The notes beneath the pieces were generated by a model, which was not told the origin of the DNA, searched no databases, and saw only the letters and a list, made by a program, of their open reading frames with translations. This document shows, one piece after another, positions 9,602 through 19,830 of a stretch of DNA of 64,000 nucleotides. This stretch comes from Halarcobacter sp. (GTDB lineage: Bacteria; Campylobacterota; Campylobacteria; Campylobacterales; Arcobacteraceae): the NCBI GenBank assembly GCA_963676565.1, contig OY781089.1, positions 2,720,001 through 2,784,000 of the forward strand. The letters are read 5' to 3'. The position numbers and the translations under genes were made by a program. Positions within the stretch are counted from its first letter, which is position 1. Each line of letters starts with the position of its first letter.

Positions 9602-10759
9602 CTAATTTTCTTTATATCTTCCTAATATTAAAAAAGAACTTAATGTTAAGACCAAAATACTTATTGCTAATATAAAAAAATCTTCACTTTTAAAACTTAA
9701 TACAATAGCAGAAACAAAAGATGCCATTCCAAATTGAAGAACACCTGCAACAGAAGAGGCAACACCTGCATTTTTAGAAAAAGAGTTCATAGCTAAAGCC
9801 AAAGAATTACCAAAAATAAATGCCATTAAACCAGTATAACTTATCAAGTAAACCATTGTTTCTATTAAAGTTATATCTTTATAATTTAATAAAAAAAGTA
9901 TACAAATAAAAGTTTGAATTAAAAGTGTTATTTTCATAATTTTTAAAATCTCAAAATGTTTTAATAATGTGATATTAAATTTTGTTAATAACATCAGTGC
10001 TACAAAATGAGAACTAAAATAAAAAGGAAAAAAATCTGTTGAAATACCAAAAGATTCTATATAAATAAAAGATGCCTTTGATATAAAAACAAAAATACCT
10101 GAAAAACTTAATCCCAATACAAACATAGAAATCATGGCTTTTTTGTTAGATAAAACTAAATAAAATGAATTCAAAATATTTTGTTTTTCATTGCTTTTTG
10201 TATTATCTAAATATTTTTGAACGATAAATAAAATGATAAGAGGATATATTGTTAAAAATATAAAAACTCCTTTCCATGGAAAGAAATGGATTATAAAAGC
10301 GCCAATAGCTGGTGCAATTAAAGGAGCTACACTTCTAACTGTACCTATTATTGAAAAAACTTTTGCTGCTTCATTCCCTTTAAACTTATCCCTTACAACG
10401 GCTGAAGAATTTACTAAAACAATACCACCAAAAAATGACTCAAAAAATCTATAAATCCAAATTTCATAAATTGAATGACTAAATATGATTAAGAGACTAA
10501 AAAAAGAGAATCCTATTAAACCATAAATAGAACTACTTCTTCTTCCATAATTATCTGAAATTACTCCACCAAAAATTTGTCCAACTGATAAGCCTATTAA
10601 GAAAATAGCTAAAGATAGTTCAACTTCTTCAAGTGACACACCATATGTGGAAGCAATATCTGGGATAGAAGGGATATATGTATCAATCCCCATTGGACCT
10701 AGTGAGGCTAAGAGTGCTAATAATATAGCTAAATTAACATGATTTGATAACTTAAACAA
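9602..10759 (-). CDS. Bcr/CflA-family MFS efflux transporter (paralog of 5168-6310)
   Basis: IDTYIPSIP, GQIFGGVISDNYGRR and NAGVASS motifs. Confidence 0.88.
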   Translation of the reverse strand: MFKLSNHVNLAILLALLASLGPMGIDTYIPSIPDIASTYGVSLEEVELSLAIFLIGLSVGQIFGGVISDNYGRRSSSIYGLIGFSFFSLLIIFSHSIYEIWIYRFFESFFGGIVLVNSSAVVRDKFKGNEAAKVFSIIGTVRSVAPLIAPAIGAFIIHFFPWKGVFIFLTIYPLIILFIVQKYLDNTKSNEKQNILNSFYLVLSNKKAMISMFVLGLSFSGIFVFISKASFIYIESFGISTDFFPFYFSSHFVALMLLTKFNITLLKHFEILKIMKITLLIQTFICILFLLNYKDITLIETMVYLISYTGLMAFIFGNSLALAMNSFSKNAGVASSVAGVLQFGMASFVSAIVLSFKSEDFFILAISILVLTLSSFLILGRYKEN

Positions 10760-10927
10760 GATTTACTGCTTTAAGGAAGTTAGCATTTTTATAAAAATAA
10801 TGCAATTACAATATTTAATAAAAATGCTTGAATATAACTTTTTTAGGAAATATATTAGCCTAAATAAAGCTAATAATTTCCGCCTATGTAATAACTCACT
10901 TCCACTCAAAAGATATTCCTATTTTAA

Positions 10928-13063
10928 TTAATCTAAAACAATTAATGCATCAAGAGCAAAAACACCTTTAGCTTTTGCAACTAAAGGATTAATCTCTACT
11001 TCAGAAATTCTTTCATTTGATACAATCAAATCAGCAATTTTAGTTACTGTTTTTGCAATTGCCTTGATATCTACAGCTTCAGTACCCCTTGCACCTTTCA
11101 ATAATGCTGCAGATTTTAAAGAAGAGATTTCATCAACGATTGCATCAACACCTAAGTCAGGAGTGATTAAACATACATCTTTTAAAACTTCTATCCAAAT
11201 ACCTCCAAGACCAACAAGAACTACTACACCCCATTGTTCATCTCTTCTAGCACCAATTACAATTTCAGCACCTAAATTAGCCATACCTTCAATTAAAATA
11301 CCATCTAATTTAATTCCAGTAGATTCAATACTTGTCATCATTTTATTAAAAGCAACTCTTAATTCATCATCACTTTTAATATTTAACACTACACCACCAG
11401 CATCAGTTTTATGTGCTAATTGTGCAGATTGAGCTTTTAAAACTACAGGATATGACAATTCATTTGCAATTTTGATAGCTTCATCTTCATCTTTTGCTAA
11501 AGCACCTTTTGGAATAGGAATATCAAGTTTTTCTAAAATCTCTTTTGACTTATACTCAGGTACATTTCCTGAATCAAGTTGCGAAATCATATCAATCTTA
11601 ATAATTTCATTTTCCCTTCTTTGTTTAGCTTTATTTCTACAAAGTTTATTAACATTTGATAAGGCTTTCACTGCACTTTCCATTGATTTACCTAATACTA
11701 CACCATTATCTCGAGCTAATGTCATAAACTCTGGCTCATAAACATTTGATTCATCTAAAGGTACATAAATAGCAGGTTTTTCAGGATGTTTTTTCATACT
11801 ATCAATGAAACCATTTAAAAATATACTTTTTGTACCAATATCTTGGTCAGTTGGTAAAACAACTAAGGTAGAACCAATCTTAGGTTCAGTTAATAAAAGA
11901 TCTAGCCCTTTACCAACAAGTTCAGGATCACGTGCAGCTTCAACACCTACATCAAATGGGTTTCTAGCAGGTAAATATTCAGGAATAATATCTTTTAGTT
12001 TTTCTTCAATATCACTTGATAATGCAGCCATAACTAAATTACAATCTTCAAATTGGTCAGTTGCAATTGCGCATACAGCCCCTGAATGTGTCAATAAACC
12101 AACTTCTCCACTTACTGGTTTTGGAAATCTAAGTAATAATTCACTTAAAGTAATTAATTCATCTAAAGAATTAACCATAGCAACACCAGCGTTAAGAAGT
12201 TTTGTTTCCATTAGAGTATAATCACCTGTTAAAGAACCAGTATGTGATTGAGTAATACTTCTTGAAGCTTCACTTCTTCCTGAATGCATTAAAATTACAT
12301 TTTTATTAACAGCGTTTGCTCTTTTAACAGCAGATAGTAAATTTTGTGGATTTTTAATCTCTTCAGCATATATTGCAATTGCTCCTGTATATTCATCTTC
12401 AACAAAGAAATCAATTAAATCAGATAATTCAATATCTGCTTGATTTCCAATTGTTACAGAATAACTTGTAGGAACTGCTCTTTTACCCAATGATTGACCA
12501 ATAAATAAACCAATTCCACCACTTTGAGTAATAATTGCAACTCCTTTTGAACCATTTTTATCAAATGGAACTTGCTTTGGCAAATCAATTAATACAAGAT
12601 GAAAATTGTCAACATAATTAAAATAACCAATACAATTTGGTCCAACTAATCTAATGTTGTTTTCATGGGCATATTTTCCAATTTTATCCTGTAAAGCGTG
12701 ACCTTCCTCACCTAATTCTGCAAAACCAGCACTCATACAAACAACCGTTTTAACATCAATAGTTTTCAAATCAACTATTGCATCATATACACTTGCTGCA
12801 GGGATTGCTAAAATTCCTAAATCAATACCTTTTGGTAAGTCATTAAGATCTGTCTTAATTTCAATACCATCAATATCTGCCTTGTTTCTACCAAGTAAAT
12901 TTATCTCACCTTCATAACCATTTAGTTTTAAAGTTTTGATAATATTTCTTGCACTAGAACTAGGTTTTGCAGAGGCTCCTAAGATTACAACTGATTTTGG
13001 ATTCAATAATGAAGAGATAGATTCAACTGTCTCTTCATTAGTTCTTTTTATTGCTTTATTCAA
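10928..13063 (-). CDS. ADP-forming acyl-CoA synthetase (acetate--CoA ligase family), probable hydroxycinnamate/feruloyl-CoA synthetase
   Basis: GPNCIG, QSGG, SHTGSL phospho-His motif and C-terminal ATP-grasp (HKTDAGGV, EINPL). Substrate inferred from co-location with HCHL. Confidence 0.82.
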   Translation of the reverse strand: MNKAIKRTNEETVESISSLLNPKSVVILGASAKPSSSARNIIKTLKLNGYEGEINLLGRNKADIDGIEIKTDLNDLPKGIDLGILAIPAASVYDAIVDLKTIDVKTVVCMSAGFAELGEEGHALQDKIGKYAHENNIRLVGPNCIGYFNYVDNFHLVLIDLPKQVPFDKNGSKGVAIITQSGGIGLFIGQSLGKRAVPTSYSVTIGNQADIELSDLIDFFVEDEYTGAIAIYAEEIKNPQNLLSAVKRANAVNKNVILMHSGRSEASRSITQSHTGSLTGDYTLMETKLLNAGVAMVNSLDELITLSELLLRFPKPVSGEVGLLTHSGAVCAIATDQFEDCNLVMAALSSDIEEKLKDIIPEYLPARNPFDVGVEAARDPELVGKGLDLLLTEPKIGSTLVVLPTDQDIGTKSIFLNGFIDSMKKHPEKPAIYVPLDESNVYEPEFMTLARDNGVVLGKSMESAVKALSNVNKLCRNKAKQRRENEIIKIDMISQLDSGNVPEYKSKEILEKLDIPIPKGALAKDEDEAIKIANELSYPVVLKAQSAQLAHKTDAGGVVLNIKSDDELRVAFNKMMTSIESTGIKLDGILIEGMANLGAEIVIGARRDEQWGVVVLVGLGGIWIEVLKDVCLITPDLGVDAIVDEISSLKSAALLKGARGTEAVDIKAIAKTVTKIADLIVSNERISEVEINPLVAKAKGVFALDALIVLD

Positions 13064-13084
13064 TTTAAAAACCTTGATTCTAAA

Positions 13085-14533
13085 TTAAAATGGATAATGG
13101 TGATTACCTAAAGCTTCAACAGTAACCCATTTAAGTTCAGTCATCTCTTCAATAGAGAAGTGCCCACCTTCTCTACCCATACCACTATCTTTAATTCCAC
13201 CAAATGGAATATGAGCCTCATCCATAATTGTAGGTCCATTAATATGAACCATACCAGCTTCAATCTCTTCAGATAATTTTAAAGCATTACCAATATCATT
13301 AGTTATAACAGCAGAACTTAATCCATAGTTTGTCATATTTGCAACTTCAACTGCTTCTTCAACAGTTTTTACTTTAATAAGTGCTGCAACAGGACCAAAT
13401 GCTTCATCATGATAAACTTTCATCTCTTCTGTAACATAAGAGATTACTGTTGGCTCATAAAAACAACCAGAGTGAGAATTACCACATAAAACTTTTGCAC
13501 CCTTAGAAACTGCATCATTTACTAATCCATCAATAAAACTACATTGTGCTTCTTCAATTAATGGACCAACAACAGTTGTAGGTAAACTAGGATCAGAAGC
13601 TTTAATTCCAGAAATTTTAGCTGCAAATTTTTCAGCAAATTTATCAAAAATCTCTTCTTGAACAATGATTTTAGAACCAGCCATACAAATTTGACCTTGG
13701 TGCATAAAAATAGAAAATGCAGCAGTATCAACAGCATAGTCAACATCTGCATCATTTAAGATAATCATAGGAGACTTTCCACCAAGTTCAACTGTAAATT
13801 TTGTAAGATTTGCAGCTGCACTTGAAGCAATTAATTTACCAGTTGAAGTTGAACCTGTAAATGTAATCATCTTAACTCTTTTATCAGTTTGAAAAGTTTC
13901 ACCTAAAACTGAACTTGAACAAGGAATTACATTAAATACTCCATCAGGAAGTCCCGCTTCTTTAAATATCTCACCAAATACTAAACCTGTAATTGCAGTA
14001 TTTGAAGATGGTTTTAGTACAAAAGTATTACCAGCAGCAATTGCAAATGCAAACTTTTTAGATGATAAAATCATAGGTGCATTAAATGGAGCAATACCAG
14101 CAATAACACCTAATGGTCTTCTAATACTATAAGATAACATACCAGTTTCATTTGTAGCATGTGTATATCCTGCTACTCTTCTACATTCACCAGCAGCAAC
14201 TCTAAAGATATCAGCAACTAATCCAATTTCAAACATTGATTTACCAAAAGCAGAACCTGTTTCAGTAATTAAAATCTCTCTAATCTCCTCAGTTCTACTT
14301 TCAAAAATATCAGCAGCTTTTAATAAAATTGCTTCCCTTTCCCTTGGAGTAGTATTTGCCCAAGATTTTGATGCTTTATGAGCTGCATCAATTGCAGACT
14401 CAATATCCTCTTTACTTGCCATATGAACCTTAGCAAAAGCCTTACCTGTTGAAGGAGAGATATCATCAACTATAGTATTTGATGATGAAGGAACATCTTG
14501 ACCATTAATAAATAATTTATATTCTTTTTTCAT
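13085..14533 (-). CDS. Aromatic aldehyde dehydrogenase (vanillin dehydrogenase-like)
   Basis: FTGS, ELGGK, HQGQICM and PFGGIKDSG motifs; lies in the HCHL operon. Confidence 0.85.
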   Translation of the reverse strand: MKKEYKLFINGQDVPSSSNTIVDDISPSTGKAFAKVHMASKEDIESAIDAAHKASKSWANTTPREREAILLKAADIFESRTEEIREILITETGSAFGKSMFEIGLVADIFRVAAGECRRVAGYTHATNETGMLSYSIRRPLGVIAGIAPFNAPMILSSKKFAFAIAAGNTFVLKPSSNTAITGLVFGEIFKEAGLPDGVFNVIPCSSSVLGETFQTDKRVKMITFTGSTSTGKLIASSAAANLTKFTVELGGKSPMIILNDADVDYAVDTAAFSIFMHQGQICMAGSKIIVQEEIFDKFAEKFAAKISGIKASDPSLPTTVVGPLIEEAQCSFIDGLVNDAVSKGAKVLCGNSHSGCFYEPTVISYVTEEMKVYHDEAFGPVAALIKVKTVEEAVEVANMTNYGLSSAVITNDIGNALKLSEEIEAGMVHINGPTIMDEAHIPFGGIKDSGMGREGGHFSIEEMTELKWVTVEALGNHHYPF

Positions 14534-14543
14534 TTTTAATACC

Positions 14544-15575
14544 TTATTGTTTTGCTATAGATTCTTTAACTGCATCTACAATTTTTTGTCCATCGATACC
14601 TTTACCCTTCATTTCAGAAACCCATTTTTGAACAGTTCTTTCACCTGCTGCATCAAATTTTGCTGTTTCTTCTTCGCTTAAAGTAACGATTTCTCCACCT
14701 GATTTAACTTGTAAAGCTTTTCCAATTGCTTCAAAATCATCTGCTAATTTTGCAAATTTAGCAATTTGTTTTTTTCCTGTTGTAGCAGCTAAAACATCTT
14801 TTAACTCTTGAGATAAGCTATTATATTTTTCTTTATTCATTAGTAGTAAAAGTACAGAACCACCAAATCCTCCACCACCTTTGATTTCAGTAGTGTATTT
14901 AGTTAATTGTTGAAACTTAAATGCTGGGAAAATTTCCATTGGTAAAGCTGCACCATCAACTGCACCTTTAGATAAAGCTTGAGGAGCCGCAGGTAAAGGC
15001 ATACCAACTGGTTCTGCACCTAACTCTTGAATATACCAAGCACCCGTTCTAGATGGAGATCTTAATTTTAATCCCTTAACTGCATCTATTGAATCAACTT
15101 TTTTGCTAACTGTACTTAATTGATAAGGCCCAGCCATTGCAATTACAAGTGGATGTACATCCGTATAGTCATCTTTTAATAAATCAAAATTTTCTTTTGC
15201 TGCTAGAGCTGTTTTTAAACTTGAGTTTGTATGTACAGTTGGCAGTTCTAAAACTTCAGTTCTAGGGAAAACACCTGGAGTATAACCTGCAACTGTGTAA
15301 ACTATGTCAGCGACACCATCTCTTGCTTGTTTATATAATTCATTTGGTTTACCACCCATACTCATAGATGGAAACATTTCAATTTTAATTTTACCTTTTG
15401 AAAGTTTTTCAACTTCAGCTGCCCATGGCTCTAAAAGCTTAGCATAAGGTGGTGCTTTTGGACTTAAAAATGTATGCATTGTAAGCACTACTTCTTTTTC
15501 TGCACCCCATAATGAGCTTACTAATAACATTGATCCAGCTAAACCTAGTGTTGCTTTTTTAACTAACTTATTCAT
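14544..15575 (-). CDS. dctP: TRAP transporter substrate-binding protein (orphan paralog 1)
   Basis: Signal peptide; FPSMSMGGKP.ELY, GYTPGVFPRTEV.ELP and KGLKLR motifs. Confidence 0.9.
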   Translation of the reverse strand: MNKLVKKATLGLAGSMLLVSSLWGAEKEVVLTMHTFLSPKAPPYAKLLEPWAAEVEKLSKGKIKIEMFPSMSMGGKPNELYKQARDGVADIVYTVAGYTPGVFPRTEVLELPTVHTNSSLKTALAAKENFDLLKDDYTDVHPLVIAMAGPYQLSTVSKKVDSIDAVKGLKLRSPSRTGAWYIQELGAEPVGMPLPAAPQALSKGAVDGAALPMEIFPAFKFQQLTKYTTEIKGGGGFGGSVLLLLMNKEKYNSLSQELKDVLAATTGKKQIAKFAKLADDFEAIGKALQVKSGGEIVTLSEEETAKFDAAGERTVQKWVSEMKGKGIDGQKIVDAVKESIAKQ

Positions 15576-15658
15576 AATTGTCTTTCCCTTTTGTAATATA
15601 TTTACCTACTGATTATAACGTCCCACCATAGCAAATAAATAACATCAATAACAATTTT

Positions 15659-16486
15659 TTATCTTTCGATATCTTTGTTATAAGCACCTAAACCTGGCTT
15701 ATAAGTTTTCTCATAAATAAATTGTTTAATTCCTTCTTTTCTACCTGTATCATCAAAGTAGTTTGCAGCTTCTTGAGCTTTTACTAAATACTCTTCAGCA
15801 TTTTGATATGTCATTTCAGAAACTTTTCTAACTGCTTGTTTAGTAGCATGTAAAGCAACAGGATTTTTCTCTTTTAATACATTACAAACTTCAATAACTC
15901 TGTCTTTTAGTTTATCTGCATCGCAAGCTTCATTTACTAATCCCCATTGAGCAGCTTTTTCACCATCTACATTTTCACCCATCATTGAATGGTACATAGC
16001 ATCTCTAAAACTTAATAATTCAACTGCAACTTTAGTAGCACCTCCACCTGGTAAAATTCCCCAGTTAATTTCAGATAATCCAAATTGTGCATCTTTAGAT
16101 GCAAATGCTAAATCACAAGCGAATAATGGTCCATAAGCACCACCAAAACACCATCCATTTACCATTGCAATTGTTGGTTTATAGAAATCTCTTAGTCTTT
16201 TCCACCATCCATAAGCTTCTCTTTGAGCTTGTCTAATTGCACCTAAACCTTTTGCTTCATTTTCAACAAAGTACTCTTTTAAGTCCATACCTGCACTAAA
16301 TGCTGTACCTTCACCTGTTAAAACAAGAACAGAAACATCTTCTCTATATTCTAATTCATCAAGAATCTCCATCATTCTTCTATTAACAGCTGGACTCATA
16401 CAATTTCTTTTTTCTGGTCTATTATAAGAAACCCATGCAATTCCATCTACTACTTCGTACTTTACAACATCTTTTTCACTACTCAT
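15659..16486 (-). CDS. ech: p-Hydroxycinnamoyl-CoA hydratase/lyase (HCHL, Ech/FerB)
   Basis: RPEKRN.MSP, FSAGMDLKEYF, KPTIAMVNGWCFGG, GLSEINWGI.PG and KTYKPGL motifs are characteristic of HCHL. Confidence 0.93.
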   Translation of the reverse strand: MSSEKDVVKYEVVDGIAWVSYNRPEKRNCMSPAVNRRMMEILDELEYREDVSVLVLTGEGTAFSAGMDLKEYFVENEAKGLGAIRQAQREAYGWWKRLRDFYKPTIAMVNGWCFGGAYGPLFACDLAFASKDAQFGLSEINWGILPGGGATKVAVELLSFRDAMYHSMMGENVDGEKAAQWGLVNEACDADKLKDRVIEVCNVLKEKNPVALHATKQAVRKVSEMTYQNAEEYLVKAQEAANYFDDTGRKEGIKQFIYEKTYKPGLGAYNKDIER

Positions 16487-16517
16487 CTATTTTTCCTTTT
16501 ATTAATTTGTTTTTTAT

Positions 16518-18539
16518 TTATTTGATTTGCCAATCATGTGCAAATGGTTCTGGTTTAACATCTTTAATTAAAGAACTATTACCATTTTGTGCATCATCAC
16601 CTACCTCTTTAAGAAATTTTCTTAAATTTTCAGTAGAAGATAAACCTTTTAATACCTGAATACCCTCAATTTCAACTTTTAGTATTTCAGAATATAAAGC
16701 TGCAATTGATTGTTGAGACTTATCAAGTTTTGATGCATGTGCACAAAGAGCAAGCATCGCAACAAGAAGTTCAATTTTTTTACCCAATCTATGGATTGGA
16801 ACCTGTGCACCAGTTTGTTCTAGTTGATAGTACAAACTCATACCTAGGTAAAGCCATTTACATTTTCGTAGATTTCTTTCTGCATATTGAACATATGGTT
16901 TTAAATCTGCTGGGATTTCGTCATATCTTGCTTTCATTTCTACAGGAACTAATCTTCCTAATAAATGAGGAATCTCTTTTAAACCATTTCCTATAATCCA
17001 AGATATTAATTTATAAAACCCTGGTTTAGTAAGTAGTTTTAAAGTTGCAGTTGTACATCTTCCTGGATATTTCATGAAAGTTTTTAAATCAATTTTTAAA
17101 ATTCTCTCTTCTTTTGCAACTGGTTCTCCATTAATCATGTTTGCTTCTTGTAAAACACTTAACATACTTGCAACATTTTCAGATGTAAATTTTGAAGTTA
17201 TATCTTTAATCATACCCATCAAAATCAAATCATTTTCACCCTCAACAATTCCAAATACATGAATATTTGCTCTAGCTTCTGTAACTCTTGAACTTCTATC
17301 AAAACTTCTTCCACCAATAACTCTTTCACAAGAGATTAATGATTCTAAAGCTGAACTTGCTGCAAAAGATTTTGAGATATCTCTTAAACCAGCTAAATCC
17401 ACTCCATTTTTATCTTGGTTCAAAGAAAGGTGAGATAAAGCTTGAGAGGTTAATGCTCCACCTAGCATTTTTCCAATTCGTAGACGTGGTAATTCATGTT
17501 TGATAATAGGCCCACCAACACCTAATCTTTTAATTGCATAATTAACAGAATCTGATGCCATCATTCTTTGATAACCTGCACACATTGCAGTTAGCATACA
17601 TCTACCCATTCTAAGGCAATAAAATAAAACCTCTACTCCATCAGCTTTGATTTCATTTTCTACTGGAATTGGGAAGTTTGAGAAAGTAATTCTTGTGTTA
17701 TAAATTGATTTAAAGGCATCAGAATTTGAAGAAACAATATTAAAACTATATTCATCATTTTTGATATCATCTTCAGGAAGTTCGATGATAAATAAACCAA
17801 TTTTTTTACCACCTTTTCCAATTCTTGCAGCAATTGCCATAATACCACCATAAATAGCACTAGTGATATAATGTTTATTTGCAGCTCCTTCAGCAAATAA
17901 TCTGTAACAATTATTCTCTTCATCCTTTTCAACGTAAGCTTGGATTTTTTTAGCATTTACTCCAACACCTACTTCTGTTAATGCAAAAGAAGTGATTCTT
18001 CCACTAGAAATCATTGGTAAAAATATAGATTTTTGTCTATCATCTCCATATCCAAGTAATGAACTTGAACCAATTGTAAGTTGTCCAGAAATTTCAACTG
18101 CTAATGCCCCTATACCATTTGCAGCTAGTGACTCTTCCATAATTGCTAATTGATTGTAGTTTAAACCTAAACCATTGTATTCAGCTGGAACAGTAAAACC
18201 ATAGGCATTTTTCTTAGATACTTCTTCCCTTAAAGTATTTGATAACTTTCCATCTGCTTCGAAAGCTTGTCCACTTTCTAATAAATTTAATGCTGTTTCT
18301 AAAATCTCATCTGCTTCTTTTGTTTTTGCATTTTGCATTGCAACTGAACCTGCTGAGATTTCAGATAAATCTGGTTGTGGACCATAAATTAATCTTTCAA
18401 CTAAACTTGATTTTGTAATATTTAATTTTTTCATCGCATCTGACATTGCTGAATCTAAAGCACCAACATCTTGAGCTTGTACATGATCACCTGCAGCAGC
18501 TAATGCTTCCGTTGCAGCTGATTGACCATTTTTCCCCAT
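16518..18539 (-). CDS. Long (673 aa) acyl-CoA dehydrogenase family protein
   Basis: VPAEYNGLG, FALTE..VG and K.YITSA motifs; catalytic Glu in IVEGEND; long C-terminal extension. Confidence 0.82.
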   Translation of the reverse strand: MGKNGQSAATEALAAAGDHVQAQDVGALDSAMSDAMKKLNITKSSLVERLIYGPQPDLSEISAGSVAMQNAKTKEADEILETALNLLESGQAFEADGKLSNTLREEVSKKNAYGFTVPAEYNGLGLNYNQLAIMEESLAANGIGALAVEISGQLTIGSSSLLGYGDDRQKSIFLPMISSGRITSFALTEVGVGVNAKKIQAYVEKDEENNCYRLFAEGAANKHYITSAIYGGIMAIAARIGKGGKKIGLFIIELPEDDIKNDEYSFNIVSSNSDAFKSIYNTRITFSNFPIPVENEIKADGVEVLFYCLRMGRCMLTAMCAGYQRMMASDSVNYAIKRLGVGGPIIKHELPRLRIGKMLGGALTSQALSHLSLNQDKNGVDLAGLRDISKSFAASSALESLISCERVIGGRSFDRSSRVTEARANIHVFGIVEGENDLILMGMIKDITSKFTSENVASMLSVLQEANMINGEPVAKEERILKIDLKTFMKYPGRCTTATLKLLTKPGFYKLISWIIGNGLKEIPHLLGRLVPVEMKARYDEIPADLKPYVQYAERNLRKCKWLYLGMSLYYQLEQTGAQVPIHRLGKKIELLVAMLALCAHASKLDKSQQSIAALYSEILKVEIEGIQVLKGLSSTENLRKFLKEVGDDAQNGNSSLIKDVKPEPFAHDWQIK

Positions 18540-18603
18540 TCCTCGTCCTTTTTTTCACATTTCATTTTATATATTGTCAGTTTAACAACAAAAAACTTAA
18601 ATT

Positions 18604-18621
18604 TATCTTACTAGTAAAGTA
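18604..18621. promoter_or_regulatory. Candidate MarR operator TATCTT-ACTAGT-AAAGTA
   Basis: Imperfect palindrome with a perfect core TTACTAGTAA (18608-18617) in the divergent intergenic region. Confidence 0.5.
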
Positions 18622-18702
18622 CTTTTAAATGAATTGTAAAATATTTTTAAGATACTTATATTTTTTATAGAAGATTAATTTAAGTTTCGCTACTCTTTTG
18701 CT

Positions 18703-19188
18703 ATGGATAAAAAAGAATTAGAATTAAGAATAGAACGGGTTAAAGAAAAGAAACCCGAAATTTACAATGATGTTTTGACTATTGTAGTCCCTTTTTATAT
18801 GTTTCACAATGATTTAAGGGAAGGTATTACAAAAATACAAGAAACTAAATATAATATTACAAATAGTGAAATTGATGTGATGAGATGTTTATATTTATCA
18901 AAAAATGATGATAATACATTAAGTCCAACAAAAATATACAATAAACTAATGTTTACATCTGGTGCTATTACTAAAGTATTAAAAAAACTTGAAGATAGAG
19001 GTTATGTTGTTAGACTTGAAAACAAATTTGATAAAAGAAGTAAACTTGTAAAGTTAACAGAAGAAGGTGCAAAGGTTTGCAAAGCCTGTTTTTCAGATAT
19101 GCTTGCATATGAAGAAAAAAGATTCTCAAAACTAACAGAAGAAGAAAAAAAGATTTATACAGAATTAACTCAAAAACTTTTACATTAA
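18703..19188 (+). CDS. MarR-family regulator divergent from the hydroxycinnamate operon
   Basis: LSPT.IY..LMFTSGAITKVLKKLE and DKRSKLVKLTEEG winged-helix motifs. Confidence 0.9.
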   Translation: MDKKELELRIERVKEKKPEIYNDVLTIVVPFYMFHNDLREGITKIQETKYNITNSEIDVMRCLYLSKNDDNTLSPTKIYNKLMFTSGAITKVLKKLEDRGYVVRLENKFDKRSKLVKLTEEGAKVCKACFSDMLAYEEKRFSKLTEEEKKIYTELTQKLLH

Positions 19189-19221
19189 TACTTCTTGAGA
19201 AGTTTTAATGTATCTGTTATT

Positions 19222-19827
19222 TTAAAATATTTTTCTAGATAAAATTAATTCTATACCTTTCCCACTTACATATACAGTTATTAAACTATATAAAGTAATT
19301 TCAATATTTTTAAAAACAAAACCTGCAACTATAATAATAACTGCATCAAAAAATATCAAAATATGTTGTTCTTTAAAATTAGTTTTATGAGATATTAATT
19401 TAGAAACAACTGCTGGTCCTCCTGCTGCAGCATTACCTTTAATAATAAAACCAAGTGCAACACCTACAACTATACCACCATATATACTTGCAAGTATAGG
19501 GTCAATTACAAAACCCTCAAATTGTAAAAATTCTCTAAAAAAATCTACTGTAAAAGATGTAATTAGGATTGTAATAACAGTTCTTATTCCATATTTTTTA
19601 TTTATAAATTTTATACTTAATAGAATTAGGGGGATATTAATCATTAACATTAATACCCCAAGTGGTAAGCCAATTACTTTATTTAAAATCATAGCAATTC
19701 CAGGTGAGCCACCTGGAAATATATAGTTAGGTGCTAAAAAAGTTACTACAGACAGTGATAATAAAATACCTCCAGTAAAAATATAAAGATAGTTTTTTAA
19801 CTCAACTTTTTTATTAATGTTTTTCAC
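19222..19827 (-). CDS. YitT-family membrane protein
   Basis: PGG..GIA, INIPL, YGGIVVGVALG and GG...V motifs; no C-terminal soluble domain. Confidence 0.8.
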   Translation of the reverse strand: MKNINKKVELKNYLYIFTGGILLSLSVVTFLAPNYIFPGGSPGIAMILNKVIGLPLGVLMLMINIPLILLSIKFINKKYGIRTVITILITSFTVDFFREFLQFEGFVIDPILASIYGGIVVGVALGFIIKGNAAAGGPAVVSKLISHKTNFKEQHILIFFDAVIIIVAGFVFKNIEITLYSLITVYVSGKGIELILSRKIF

Positions 19828-19830
19828 TAT

